Shown here piece by piece: positions 12,801 to 26,332 of a stretch of DNA of 64,000 bases. The notes below the pieces were generated by a model, which was not told the DNA's origin, did no database searches, and saw only the letters and a list, made by a program, of their open reading frames with translations. Position 1 is the first letter of the stretch. Each line of letters opens with the position of its first letter. Made by a program: the position numbers and the translations under genes. This DNA comes from Bispira polyomma (lineage: Eukaryota): contig OZ287751.1 in assembly GCA_965649765.1 (NCBI GenBank), positions 102,610,001-102,674,000 of the forward strand. Reading direction: 5' to 3'.

Positions 12801-14180
12801 GGGGCTCATCGAAAGGCCCTAATATCTCCTCAAATTTACATTCCTCGTTAAGGAATGTTTCCACATGTTCAGGAAAATTTTCAGCCGAACTATGGTTTGA
12901 GTTAACAGACAAACAAAATTAGGCAAATTTTGTCTCACTTTTTGTAGTCTTTTTGCTACAAGTACTGGTCTTATGGGTTCATCCACAAGTTTCACAGATT
13001 TGTTTAAAGTAGGTACTGCCCGTCTTGTGGCTACTGGGAAATTTACATGAGCCGTCGTGGAAAAACTTGCAGTTAGCGGTAGATTGTTTGCCTGATGCAC
13101 TAGTCTTATTTGACCCACGGCTAACACCACTAGAACCATTACTAACAATATGTCCGTGGGCATGTGCCCTCGGAAACCTATTTAATTTTTCAACATCTGA
13201 TCACTTGACCTTATCCATTTCCATGTGTGTGAGCACCAAGGCATTGCACACCTTAGCAGCTTCCAAAGAAAAGTCCTCGGTATCCTCCATTAAATTGGCC
13301 ATATAATCAAGCATTATCTCTCTGATTTTGTGAAACTTTTCTTCTTGAATTATTCGGGTAAAACCACACACCCACTGATTTAACAACAAATAATCAAATG
13401 TGGGCCTGGATTTAAAACTGCCTGTTAAAACATGGTTTTGGGGCCATTCTACCACACACTTGACAAGGACGTCAACACCCCCCCCCTTTTGAGATTTCAA
13501 TTTACCTGGATTTGGATTTTCGTTTAGCTGTTTGAGTTCAGCTAGCCTTATTTCTTTTGACTTATTTCTACTTGACTCTGAATCTGAGTGTTTTTACGTA
13601 AAATGTCAACACCGGGGATAATACTATCAGCGGCCAATGCTTCACTACTATCACTGTTCACAAAACTATCAGCGACAATAGAATTTGAAGTACTATTAGC
13701 CTGCTGTTTGTCTGCTGCCAACGCTGCCTCCATCTGCTGGAATCTATGATCCATCCGCTCCATAATTTGTGCCATTGATTGAAGTTGTAAAAGTATTTGA
13801 CTAGAAACAACATTTGAATCCAAACCTGAATCCACAGTTGAAGTGGATGAATCATCAGCAGAGCCGGCACTGGCAGAGGCGTCCAAAGAAACCTTTTGAC
13901 GAGTACAAGCAGCCCCAACAGCCTTTTCGTGCTTCCCCTGACACTTGGAGCAGTTAAATACTGGAGGCATTGTAACATTTATCATATAAAATGAACTAAA
14001 AACCCTAAAAACAGTAAATATTTTCAGTCATAAACTTGAATTTCCATGATGTCTTTTTCGAAGTTGTTCTTCTGTGAACACTATTGTTATAAATGGCGGG
14101 ACTTATGAATGAGGCTGCATTGTATACAGTCCACAATCAGTGATGCATTGAGAACAAGACTGGTACCCCAGAACTGAGAG
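9890..14180 (-). mobile_element. DIRS/Ngaro-type retrotransposon 2 (gag-pol-YR collinear, internally deleted)
   Basis: gag 13985-12940 (CSKCQGKH..C; WPQNHV). RT RRVIIDLSWP and FKVDVSRAFRH (12750-12185). RNase H VELDSCL..NKVADLLSR. YR FFSFLRLSNL and HAFRR (11436-10500). AT-rich palindrome region 9990-10400. Confidence 0.88.
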
Positions 14181-14544
14181 AGCCAGTGCTGGGGCTCTGC
14201 CTTACATTCTCTTCTGAATTGGGTGAAGTATTGTTTCTTTAACTCCAGAGCCAACCAGTTCAGGAAAGCACATCTTGGTCACTCTGTCTATGTCTTGCTG
14301 GCCCCCTTCTAAAAGCCTGTGATACTTTCCTCCATGCGACCAATTCCGTCTCTCAGCTCTTTGGAAAGTTCAGCATCTGGGGCAGGGGATAACGCTTCAT
14401 ATGTGGAAGACTGCTTAAAAGTATTTCAGGTGAGACTCCATCTCGACATCTTCTTGGTAAGTTTCTTACTGAGATCCACCTTGTATAATTGAAGGTGATC
14501 CAGCTGATGGTGATGGGATGGGCATGAACTCAGCCGTCTTAGAA

Positions 14545-15670
14545 GCATGATGGATGATATGTGGCATTACATTTCTTTAACTAAAGGTGAACCCACGGCA
14601 TTAGTCTTCCTTGATCTGTTGGCTGCCTTTGATAAAATTGATCACAGCACACTTCTTGACTGTTTGTCATCGTGTTTTCCAAGGCATTGTTTTGAAATGG
14701 TTTACTTCATATCTCTTAAATCGATACCAAGCAGTTAAAAAAGGTTCTGCTTTGTTAGACTTGCTTAAGTTAGAGTTTGGTGTACCTCAGGTCTTAGTTT
14801 TGGTACAATTCTATTTTCTTTATACACAGCACCAATTAGTCGTGTCATTGACAAGTACAAATCAATTAAATATAATTTCTCAGCTGATGATACACAACTT
14901 CATGTTCATTTATTGAATAGAAATGCAATTTCTGCATTTAACAGCCTCTAAAGCTGCCTTGACAATGTTCACAATTGGATGTTTGACAATAAATTAAAAC
15001 TCAACCAGGATAAAACATAATTCATTATTTTTGGATCCAAATCAGTTGACAGTTTCGCTGATAATTTCCCAGTCAATATTCTGGGAAACATGTTGCACCC
15101 TGTCAATATTGCAAAAAACCTGGGTGTCACCTTTAACTCTGATGTCTCATTTACTGTTTATCCAGTTGAGAGATCTGAGACGGTACCTGTCTATATGCAC
15201 TTCTACTATGGTGGCAAATGCCCTAGTCAGCAAGTCACCTTGATTACTGTCACTCTCTTTTCAGACCTTAGTCTATAAATATCTTAATTCAGGTTTTCCT
15301 CAGTATTTCAGTCCTTACTTGTGTCCCTATACATGTCAACGCAATACAAGGCGTAGTAGGCCTGAAAATGCTTTCTTAAGTGTCTCTACCTTTGTAAGAT
15401 CAGTTCACAAGTCAAAAAGACCTTTTAACAATAGTTTATCATATGATGCTCCTAAGCTGCTTTATCACTTGCCTCTTGTAGGAAAAAGCTCAAAACCTAC
15501 CTATTCAGCAAAGATTTTTCACCTTAACCTCTTTACCCATTTCTGACATCTCCATTATAATGACCCCTGTACATCAAATGGCTATATGAAATTGTCAAAA
15601 TGATTTCCTGTCTCATGCGCCTTAGAATCCGCAAGCACAGAGATAAGCACTATAAAAATTGATTAGATTA
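14545..15670 (+). mobile_element. 5'-truncated L2 LINE with 3' end
   Basis: GEPTALVFLDLLAAFDKIDH, FGVPQ, ADDTQL, KNLGVTF. L2-like 3' end gcgccttagaatccgc..aagcactataaaaattgattagatta. Confidence 0.85.
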
Positions 15671-17039
15671 TGTGGCCTCTAAAATCCAAATGTCACTTTC
15701 ACCTATTTCTGCCTTTCGGTCATATCAGGAGGAGTTTAGTCATAGTTCTAGAGACCCAGTTTCTCATAAATGGTACGCTGTAAGTAGAACCACTTCTTAA
15801 TCCCTTAAGCATCTAAGTATATCTTTCTTCTGTGTGTCTTTGTACAAACGATTTCTGTTATTGTAGAACCACCCTGTCATCTTTTAAAAAGTCCACCACA
15901 GCCCTCTCTTGCTCATCCGTAAGTAAAACTGTCCTCATTGCCATTTTAATTTATTATTTTGAAAAACTATGCCTCATGGATTAATTTTCTAGCAATTTAG
16001 GTCCTGGGATGGGCCAACTTAAAAAATAAGTCGTTGGATGGCAAAATAAATCGTTGGAAGAATACGAGTGACGTTAAGGGACCATGACTTATTGGCCGAT
16101 GGTCACCCACTGGTAGAGGTTTTCAAACATGCTTAAAAGCCTTGCCAAAGGACCCTGAGTGTCCCCAGTACCAAAAATTAGCCATACAATCTCAATGACC
16201 TCCACGATTATGTCCCTGAGTGTGGCTCAAAAAAATATTTAACTATATATCTACCATACAAAGTTAAACCGCTAATTAAGTTTATGTTAAGGTTGATTTA
16301 TGTTAACCTTAAATAAAGTTAAGTTTATGTTAATGTTAAAAGTATATTAGTCTGAGTTTGAAGTTAAATTACGATGCCTTCGCCTTTAAAATACCGAATA
16401 ATGAAGCACCACAGGGTGCCGGAACCTTTAGTTACTAGGTTTGTTATACATTTTGATTATAGTGGTTATGGTGAATCTGGTGGTCGAAATAGTCACTGTA
16501 CTATAAACTATGCATTAGAGTCCATTGACTAGCTTATACTAAGCACATTAAAATATTCTTTTCAAGTATGGATATAAGTATGTAAATCTATGTGTATATA
16601 TTATTGACATTCTTCAGACACCTTCGTTTAGATGGTGTTAACAGTTGGTTTAGCAAGTTCTAATTGGTTGATTGTAATATATTTACCATTCAGATGGTGT
16701 TAACTGATGGTTTAGCTAGTTCTGATGATTTAAGTTGTCATTATTTTGAGCATCATCATAATAATACTTGTAGATTTTGTCCTTGAAAAGTATGTCCTAG
16801 ATCATATTTGAGACAAAGCCTTGGGCTGAGCTGTAGTGTGTTATTGATATAGGGCAGGAAGAAGCACTAAACAACACTACACAGACTTTGTAATTATTTC
16901 AGATTTATAGTTGAGGCATTTTATCTATCTTTATCTGATATCAAAGGTGCTGATCAACCTTTTTTCTATTTCTCAAGTACAGTCAACTAGCACCAGTAAC
17001 TGTCATTGAGACTTAAAGATATGACACCATTTATCCAGA

Positions 17040-17215
17040 TCCCACACATTCTATAACCTGCCACTGGGCAAGGGTAGCCATGACAGAGAACGGCCATTTT
17101 TAGTGGTAATGAGAGCCAATATGTATCTGCCCATACCTAAAATACCCTGGTCGGGTCAGACCCAGGTCCTATGCATTACTAAGCCAGTTTGGTAGTCCAC
17201 TAGGCCACAGTGAGA
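17040..17215 (-). mobile_element. Decayed tRNA-derived SINE
   Basis: A-box-like TGGCCTAGTGG and B-box-like GGTCTGACCC on the minus strand. Copies at 37720-37890 and ~38830-38900. Confidence 0.45.
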
Positions 17216-18639
17216 AAACATGTCCATATTGTAACATAACATAACATAACATGACATATTGCATTTGATATTGCGCATTTTTACAATTCTGTTTCAAATG
17301 CGCATATATTGTGAGGCCAATTTGTAGATGTGTGGCACATCTGGTGTTCATTTGGTGGAGTACTAACATAATAATATATATCTCTGTGCTATGAATCAGA
17401 AACATACTGAATTCAGTCTTTTAATGTAAATGTAAGTTGTGGGGCTTTGTGTGTAACATCTGCAGTTTATAGGGTGTTCTTGAGTACTGGTGTCAGCAAG
17501 AGGGAAAGTGGCCATATACTGTATGTGTAAAAGATAAAGGACTGTAGACCAAATATGGAGCCAAAGTGACCTTCAACTGTTGTGTAGATGATGCACTGAC
17601 AACATAAGGTTGATATTAGTCATGTACTTTGGGGTGGTAGTTGAGTGTCTATTTTGTAATTTACATAGAAAAATTTGGCAAATTAAAAAAAATACTTTTA
17701 ATATAATAAAATAATAATATGAATGTAGTCTTAGAAATTAACAAATATGAGCTGGTTTCAGAAATAATCATGATAAACTAAATGTTTTAGAATTCAAAAT
17801 AACTGCCCAAATTATTATATATGGGGGGAAAGAAATTCCACATTTCTCACACTCTTATAAGCATTATTCTGCACAGATGAACCAACACAGGCCCACATAA
17901 GACGAATGAGTGGCTTTCAAAGGAATTTCACTGGATGTATTACAATGGTACTAACATTGGCTCGTCTCAGGACCTCATCATTGTCGAGGTAGTAGCATTT
18001 AAGATAAAAGACTGAGTCAAAACTTAATATGGTGGTTCTACTTACAAATACAATCTGGCAAATGGGCCAGTTTTTGAGATTGGCTGGTCGGGGTGAAAAA
18101 TTTATTTATTTTATTTATTGGGCGGGAAAATAAAAATGTGGGGTGACCTTCCAGATTAAACTGATTGCACCCTGTTTTGACTGAACACTGAACCCAATCG
18201 ACCTTTACCTCAAACATACCTGACCTTACCAACTTGATTAGTTCAAACAGATTGGCGATAGGATCTGACATATCTATACCCCCGACCAGAAGGATCCAAC
18301 CTCTAAAAATCAAGGTCGGGACTTCTATGCCAATGCTATCGGACCCTATATATAACCCCTTTGAGCCCTGAAACTTGTAAATTGAGTACAATACCAACAA
18401 TCGACAAGAGAGAATGTATAAGGAGTCTAGGTCATTTTTAATTATTTTTTTAGTTACAAATATGCTTTTTCATGGTCATACTGTAACAGGAAAGAGATAA
18501 GGCTTTGGCTCAAGACAAGATGAATTGAACCCAAGACCACCACCTGCCCTTTGCCCCCCAGAGCAGAGAAGGTCTATATACCAAAGTGCTTTACACTTTT
18601 TAGTACAATTTGAAGAAATAAATATACAGTAATTTAATA

Positions 18640-19340
18640 GTCGTATGCTAATTTAAATATATAGGTTTTTAAATGGATTTTTTTCAAAACTGAAATGCAG
18701 TTGCAGGTTCTAAGTGTAAGGGGCTATTCCAACACAACTTTCGTGCTGCGGAAAAAAAAATCTCCAAAAGTCTTTAACTTGGTCCGTGGAATAGATAATA
18801 GCATCTGTCAGTCAGATCGAAAAGAGCGAGGTGGACAGTAAGGCACAATGAGGCTGGTGGTGTATTCAGGTGCAAGTGCATTGACAAGCACAAAAGAATA
18901 ACCTTGTAATCAATACTCTGCTTAATGGGAAGCAAAAGAAGTGATTTGAGAACATGTTTTACATGGTCATATTTCTTTACTTGGCAAACAAAGCATGCAG
19001 CACAATTTTGTGCATATTATAATTTGTGAATGAGGGTTTGTGGTAAATCAAAGTAGAGTGCATTGGTATAACCTAGCCTGGAAATTACCAGAGCCTGCAC
19101 CAAAGTCTGTCGCTTCCTTTGTGAGACAGGAGCGTATTGTATATATGCAGTGAATCTGGTAGTAAGCGGACCTGCAGACCTGTTGAATCTGATATGACAT
19201 TGACAAATGTCTATTAATCCAGACACCTAAATTCTTCACAAGATTTACATTCTTTGTGTTATATCCACCGATATTGTTATTGAATTGTGAATACCTTTTG
19301 ACTCTTAAAACTTAGATCTCATCACTAGAAATTCTGTTTT
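18640..19340 (-). mobile_element. L2/CR1-group LINE 3' fragment
   Basis: KNLGVWINRHLSM..CRSAYYQI..LVQALVISRLGYTNAL..(HVLKSLLLLPIKQSIDYKV). Confidence 0.75.
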
Positions 19341-19353
19341 ATCATTATTGAGC

Positions 19354-20034
19354 TTAAACTTTTTTTGGGACTCCACGCTTGTCTCTGTGGCACTTTCTCC
19401 CACTATGTTCGAACACTTGGACAGCTTGTGTATTTTGTTCTGTCTCTGTGGAGAAGCTCCCTGGGATGAGTTGACACTTGACTTGAAACGCGACGACTTG
19501 ACATGCCTGACGATCTGAGACCCCAGGAAGGAAACATAGGGAAACTTGACCTGACCCCTTTACCACGAGCTTGCTGAAGCGAGTGCATTGTGTCTCAAAC
19601 CAGGTCTTGACCTCTGACATCTTGAGACCATGGCTGGTAGCGAACTCGTTCCAGAGCCTCTACTTCAACCATCGGTCCTTAAACTGTTTGTACAGAACCT
19701 CGTTATCCCTCACAAAGTTGTCTGCCTCTGTAAGGATCACATGTGCCATCTTTCCTGTCTTCTTCATTCTCCCTCTGAAGTGGGACAACTCCATCACTCT
19801 GTCACTCTGTATTTTCTCCGTCTCACTGGGTGCTTGGCTAGCTCTCTTTCCCTTCTTCTTTTTCTGCACCTCTAACTCTTCTGATGAAACACTAAGCTCA
19901 AACTTTCTCTCCTTATTCTTCTCCATCTCTCTCTTCACTCTATTCTCTCTAGACAATGAAAATATTGTTTGTGTAAAAAAAACCCTAACTGTATGATAGT
20001 CCCTAAGCTTAAGTACGTGGAATATTAAAAACAA
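19354..20034 (-). pseudogene. Myb/SANT (MADF-like) transposon DNA-binding protein with an in-frame stop
   Basis: ILTEADNFVRDNEVLYKQFKDRWLK*RLWNEFATSHGLKMSEVKTWFETQCTRFSKL..SGQ, the spaced-Trp pattern of Harbinger second ORFs. Confidence 0.65.
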
Positions 20035-22487
20035 TTAAAAGTTTTAATACTAAAAATGACAACATGTATCTCCAGACAGCAGTCTCAAAATACAACTCGT
20101 ACTGCTGCAATGTTTTTATACCAAAACCCCCCTGACATGTGCCAGTTTAATCCTATTGATCTTGAGTGAATATGTCAGATCCTACTAGCTGTAAGTTTGA
20201 TCGTATGATTCCCACTTTCAATTGTTTAGCACCCCCGGCACATCCTATAGCCATTACGTTTTGGCCTACTCTGGCCAGTTCGATCGGGGTAAAAAACATA
20301 TTATCTCCAAGTTCTGATGGGGTGACAGTAAGTTCGATCGGCTTGCAATATGTCAGATTGGGATATCAATAAGTCAAATCGCACGATTGGCCCATTCTGT
20401 CCTACCAAACCCAGTAGCATAGAATGGGCCAGTGTTACGACTGGCCTGAGTTGAAAATCTGATCAAATGTATTCACCAATACGATTTTTGGGGTCCGGGG
20501 AGCTATTCCGGAGGACTTTTGGAAAATATTCTTCCTGACCACCGCGTATGCCCCATTTTGGTCCCCCAAACTATTTGAACACACTGCAGACCTGAAATAT
20601 AAGGAAGGTTGGGGACCAAATTGGCTAAAAAGAACCACCATTTAACCTAAACCCTGTTTTTGGTTTAAATGTTTTTAAAAAAAAGAAGCTTGGACAAGTC
20701 TTTGTTTAAACAAAAGCCTACAAATAGAACAAAATACTATTTCAAATTACCGATACACGGATAAACAATTGATATCTATTTAGACCTAGATTAACATCTC
20801 ACAGTATAAAATAAATATAAAATTGTTTTCCTTCATTGGAATCAGACTTGGGACTGCCTAATACCCTGTTAAAAAACTTATCGTTCACCATGTATAGGAA
20901 TTTTACAACATTTTGTTTGGCTCATGACAGGTTATGATCTGGTATGTTTACTATTTTGCATCATAACATCAAATTTAATTTGTTAAATGTTGCTGTACAA
21001 TACAAAATGATACAACTTTATTTTGTATAAATAACATAAAAAATATGAGTATTTATATTGCAAACTAAAATGTAAGAAAAAGAGACTTTGATTTAAGCCC
21101 AAGCCCTGGCTATTACCAGAAGTCTGTGTGTACAAGTGTGTGCAGGTGTGTATAGGTGTGTACAGGTGGCTAGTATATGCCCCATGGTCTACCTGTACAA
21201 GTAATTGCCTGCTTTTGTTTTTATTTTACTTTTTATTGTTCTTGGTTTCTCTGTGTTCACAATTCTCCTGCTATCCTTTATTTAGGTGAAGTTTCTCAAA
21301 GAATCTTAATTGAACTAACTGAACACTTGTTGAATTCAGCATCATGTTGTCACATATTGGCAAGATATTGCTTGACATGAATAATCCCGGCAATATAGGT
21401 TAATAGTACTGAAACAGTAAAGCTTCTACAATGTTGACCCCATTCCTTCTGTCATATCCTTGTTAGAACCCTGCACACACATTGCCTATATAACAAAGCT
21501 CATTCACCCCTTGTCATCGCCACCTTAGTTGTTATGTTTTAAATTATAGATATATATGATGTCAAACACTTAAACTTGCGCTCTGCAAAAAAGTTTTCTA
21601 AAATAATGTCAGTAATTGGTGACTGGAAAGTCTTAGTGTTCAAAATTTTAACCCCAAAATCAACTGAATGTAAGACCTTTGTGCACATCAACAAGCCCAT
21701 TGGAAATTTGACCTTGTAGGTCAGTGCACTAGGGCCAAAGGTGGAAATGATTTAGATCTTAGTTATAGAATTTAAAGACAGCCATCTACCGGACACATGA
21801 ATAATAGTACCTTGACAGACATTTACAGATTGGCTCAAATATTTGTAAAATATTTATGAATGGAAAAATCAAATTTGATATTGTGAAATTTGATGCACAC
21901 ATATAAAATGACTTTTATCTCAGGTTTTTCCTTACTATGTCAACTAATACAGTATTTTACTGTCTTGTGATAAAAAGTAAGTATTTTGTTAATATTGACC
22001 TTTCTGCCACTATGAATATTGTCACATTGTAAGCCCTGATCTACATATGGTAAAGTAGATCTCGGTCTCAGTACAAACTCTGTTACCTTGGACTTCACAT
22101 TTCCCTCCCGGTTTTCCATTTTGACTCTACTTGATGTATATGATATTCCACAAAATTTACATCATATACATTAACTGTCATTAACAATTTAAAATACATT
22201 TGATGATATATATTATTTTAAGTTTTCCATATTCCTCTGATTTGTTTTGATGTTTTCCTGTTTAAAATGTTTAATCCACAAAACACATGCCCCACTAAAT
22301 TAGTTTGATGAGCTTTTTAGCTTTCTAAACGCAAACTAAAAGTATGGCAAATCATCAAGTGAGTAGCTCTATACATTCCATATGTACTCTGTAAGTAGGT
22401 TGAACTTTGACCAAATGTCAGAGAGTGTGCCAACAAGTGGGTCAGTCAGTGCTGTATATTAACAGGGTATTTCGTCTGCTGAGACAA

Positions 22488-22720
22488 CACTAGTACCTAG
22501 TACCTTTTAGTAGGTTATATTGGGACGGGTAGTTGGAAATGCTGAAGGAAACACTGCATACAGTCGGTCAAGGCTCTGCAGAGAAACCAGCGGCCCACAG
22601 TAAGGAACTACCACCTTTCCCACATAGGCATCGATGGGATTCGAACTCACGCCGCCCAGAGGTGAGAGACCAGTGATTGTGAAGCACAATGCTTGCTAAC
22701 CACTAGGCCACTGCGGCCCC
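22488..22720 (-). mobile_element. tRNA-derived SINE
   Basis: 5' GGGGCCGCAG, A box TGGCCTAGTGG (22710-22700), B box GTTCGAATCC (22646-22637), core gtgggaaaggtggtagtt, short tail repeat. Absent from unit B. Confidence 0.75.
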
Positions 22721-23059
22721 AGACACCTGGATGGAAAGGATCAATGCCCAGGTATGTAGTATATTCAACATGTAACGGCTGATAAATGGGTCAGTTAAAA
22801 AAGGTTGTGTGTAGGTCAAAGTCAGATACGAAAGATAGTGAGTATTTTATTACCTGATTCAATATACAACTGTACAGAAACTTTTTAAAATCCAACAGTT
22901 TTATTACTGCCATAGATATGTATGAATAAAACACATACTAAAAATATTAAAACAAAAGTTGGTTCCTAGGTAGAATAATGTATATGTAAAGAAAAAAGAC
23001 TACAATGTATGTAGATAGTATGACCTTTTAAGGTTGATTTACCATGGGACACAGATAAA

Positions 23060-23410
23060 GGTAGTCCATCATACCACTAAAATGATTGGATCAAGAGCTT
23101 TTTCCATTGCAGCTCCCTTCAGCGCTTAGAGACACTATGTAATAAGCACTATTTAAGTACTATGTGTTATGTTATGTTACGGAACAGTCTTCCAGTCGAC
23201 CTCATATATCAGACACACTTATGGGTTTTAAGAAAAAGCTTAAATCCTATCTTTTTACCTGACCTTCCCACTGTAGTTTCCATTAGTACATCCCCACATC
23301 CTATATTTTAACCTTCCTATGTCCATGGATCACACGATTGAATCACTGATTCAGTTGCTGCACTTTAGAAGATGCCTCGCATCAACAAAGTGCATTAAAA
23401 TGGATAACTT
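23060..23410 (+). mobile_element. L2 3'-end fragment
   Basis: GSRAFSIAAP..NSLPVDL..GFKKKLKSYLF, similar to the L2 ends at 43560-43825 and 30840-31100. Confidence 0.6.
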
Positions 23411-23779
23411 TTTATTAGAACTCGAGGCCTGCGACACCTAGTCGCCAAGCACAGGATGCTCCAGCCTGTTAGCACTTCTATTCTTCCCTGTTATCCCACA
23501 ATACTCAGGGGAATGATAAGGCAGGACCACTCTTCCACATTCCACAAACTATTGACAGGACAACATGATTTGTGTCTTGAGCAACAGTAGAAAAATCACA
23601 CAAGAGGTTAAAAATTAAAATTTTGGGTGGTGAATTGGGAGAATTTTTACTTATTTTCACCTTGATTTGAATTAATTTATGAGGCATAAGTAGAAAACGT
23701 TGGCAAAACCCTTTGCTACCAGTCGATTTCATTAGTGCTTCACTTAGTGAACAAAATGCCTTAGCTTCATTACAGTAAA

Positions 23780-23910
23780 GTTTGCCACTGACTTTCCATA
23801 CCTCTGACTGACACTTTTTGCCCCTGACTTGCCATACCTCTGATTGACACTTTTTGCCCCTGACTTGCCATACCTCTGATCCGCATTTTTTGCCACTGAC
23901 TTGCCACTGA
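23780..23910. repeat. 36-bp minisatellite, ~3.5 copies
   Basis: tttgccMctgacttgccatacctctgaYtgacactt repeated. Confidence 0.85.
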
Positions 23911-24654
23911 CAACATATGAAATTGGTTTACATCGACCATCATTTTAGCTTTAAAAATTATGTGAAAATAAGAAAGAACAAATAGTAATTGATTGAGCCA
24001 CAGAAAATGTATATTGTCACTTAACTCATTTTGCAAGGATGTGTATGAGATTAAACCATTTTTCATATTCCATTAATATAAAGACATATTCTTTTGTATA
24101 GAATCTATCCAGTGTGTCATTGGCAATCGAAATATTGAAATTTCTAATTTTCATTTTGTACAATGAACAAATGCAACTAGGGTAAAATATTTGCTAAATT
24201 GGTGTATAGGTGATATTTCATACAACCTTTTTTCACTGATTATCATGCTTCACAAATACAATCCACTTTTACATTTAATTGCAAAATACAATGTAATTGT
24301 GTTTTCTTTGGATGTGTATAATCTACTTGTGTCAGTATATAAGCATACAATAACTGTTTACTTTTAGGCTGTCCCCAAATCTTCTAAGATGGCCAACTCA
24401 CAGAAAACCAGGAGGTAAGCCTAGCTTAATGCCCTACAGATTTGACACACTTCTGTCGCCTCTTTAGATGTCACAGTACGTCTATTCTTGTAACACACTG
24501 CAAAATGCACTTCTATTGCCACAAGTTTGAAACATATGACACAGATTATGAGCCAAGAGATACCTAGGATCTAAGTACTTTGGTACTTACACATACATAA
24601 CCAGGCTGTAGCAATCAAGGAACCATTGTGTAAGTAGAAAATACAAATCATGCC

Positions 24655-25133
24655 ACTATAGCCTGTCTAGAATGTAGACATAGATAGAACATAACCACAA
24701 TGTCAACATAGCCTGACTAGAATGTAGACATAGATAGAACATAACCACAATGTCAACATAGCCTGACTAGAATGTAGACATAGACAGAACATAACCACAA
24801 TGTCAACATAGCCTTACTAGAATGTAAACATAGATAGAACATAACCACAATGTCAACATAGTCTGACTAGAATGTAGACATAGATAGAACATAACCACAA
24901 TGTCAACATAGTCTGACTAGAATGTAAACATAGATAGAACATAACCACAATGTCAACATAGTCTGACTAGAATGTAGATATAGACAGAACATAACCACAA
25001 TGTCAACACAGCCTGACTAGAATGTAAACATAGATAGAACATAACCACAATGTCAACATAGCCTAACTAGAATGTAAACATAGACAGAACATAACCACAA
25101 TGTCAACATAGCCTGACTAGAATGTAGACATAG
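24655..25133. repeat. 50-bp minisatellite, ~9.5 copies (intronic)
   Basis: gcctgactagaatgtagacatagatagaacataaccacaatgtcaacata at 24661, 24711, etc. Confidence 0.95.
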
Positions 25134-25292
25134 AAACAACTACAATGGTAGGTGAAATGTTAGAATTCTTAGACTATTACAAACAACTACAATGGTAGGT
25201 GAAATGTTAGAACGCTTAGACTGTTACAACCAACTATAACGGTAGGTCAAATGTTAGAATTCTTAGACTGTTACAACCAACTACAGTGGTAA
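25134..25292. repeat. 47-bp minisatellite, ~3 copies (paralogous to 42511-42850)
   Basis: aacaactacaatggtaggtgaaatgttagaattcttagactattaca repeated. Confidence 0.9.
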
Positions 25293-26332
25293 GGTGTATA
25301 AACTATTGTTAAATATGCCCAATTCATAACTATTCTTTCACCATAATAAGTACTTTGTCAAGTTTGTTTCTACAATTTATTTGCGTTTTGTATGTCCTTG
25401 TCATTTACTCTCTTTCCAAATACCTGTTCTAGGAATTTGCTTCTACATGATTATGTTTGATAAAATAAAATAACTGGGGTTGTCTATGGATTTGGCCTTA
25501 ACACCATAAAGAATGTACATAATGGAGACAGTTTTTACAGCAGGGTAATTGATGATATAATATACAGTTCAAAAAACTTTTGCTTTAAATGACTCATTGA
25601 TGCAAACAGTTTACCTGCAAGTGTTACCTGTTATTACAGAACTGACTGCTGTAGATTCCAGTCTGACTAGCAGTGTGAGCACACTACAGAGCCAGTACAG
25701 CACAGCTACAGTCAAATCTTGTGAGTAGTGTGGTGGAGGGGGTAGGGGTGAGAAAAGTATAAATACCACTGAATGTCTTATGTACAGTCCACAGAGTGCA
25801 AGTAATGTGTGCAGATAATATGATTGTACAATATTCTCACATAATTAGCTTGTATCCTAGTTTCTGAATGGTTGAGCAAGCCACATTGTATATGTAATGG
25901 TTTATATGTTTTGTTAAGCTGTTTGTTTTATGTATGCATATCATTTGCTATATTTATTTTGTTATTGTTAAACTGGTTGTTTTATGTACTGGTATCCAAG
26001 GCTGTCTTCATATATGTTATGTTATTATTAAGTCAGTTGTTTTATTTACTTGTATTCAATGCTATGTGTGTCCTTAAAGTGGTTTTCTTGTTCTATTCAG
26101 GTCAGAGTGGTGAGATCACTAATGGCTGTGGTAGTTGCTCTAACTGGGAGGGTCAGGATTATCCTAATGGGATGAACCATTACATCACCTTCAGTCCCGC
26201 ATTCCACGCCACACCGAAAGTGATTGTCACATTAAACAAATATGGCAAGTCTAGTCATCCAATAAGATTTCTGTAACATCTGCCTTAACTTATTCTACTC
26301 TCGCCTTTCTTGTGATTCTATTTTCGGTACCA

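Larger units (their letters stand above)
9250..16230 (-). mobile_element. Remnant of a Harbinger-type element with a Myb/SANT (MADF-like) ORF, interrupted by DIRS copy 2 and an L2
   Basis: 15940-15670 reads MRTVLLTDEQERAVVDFLKD..MTERQK, resembling the MADF-like ORFs at 19354-20034 and 46088-46810. The ORF continues at 14540-14180 (AFLNWLALE..FTQFRREC). The S/T/P-rich stretch at 9860-9250 is tentatively its tail. Confidence 0.5.
18028..20641. mobile_element. TTAA-flanked TIR DNA transposon derivative (same family as 52768-53636; tentatively Kolobok-like)
   Basis: ttaa|tATGGTGGTTCT ... AGAACCACCAT|ttaa. 18060-18330 aligns with 52797-53060. Absent from duplication unit B. Confidence 0.6.

Noticed and set aside
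22630-22720. tRNA gene (also 62343-62400 and 63795-63845)
   Set aside because: A and B boxes are present but I see no full cloverleaf, and SINE body sequence follows.
25872-26276. Hydrophobic 134-aa ORF read as a membrane-anchored lectin (also 43988-44230)
   Set aside because: The hydrophobic part is T-rich intron upstream of a clear ttctattcAG acceptor and is not conserved in frame between paralogues.
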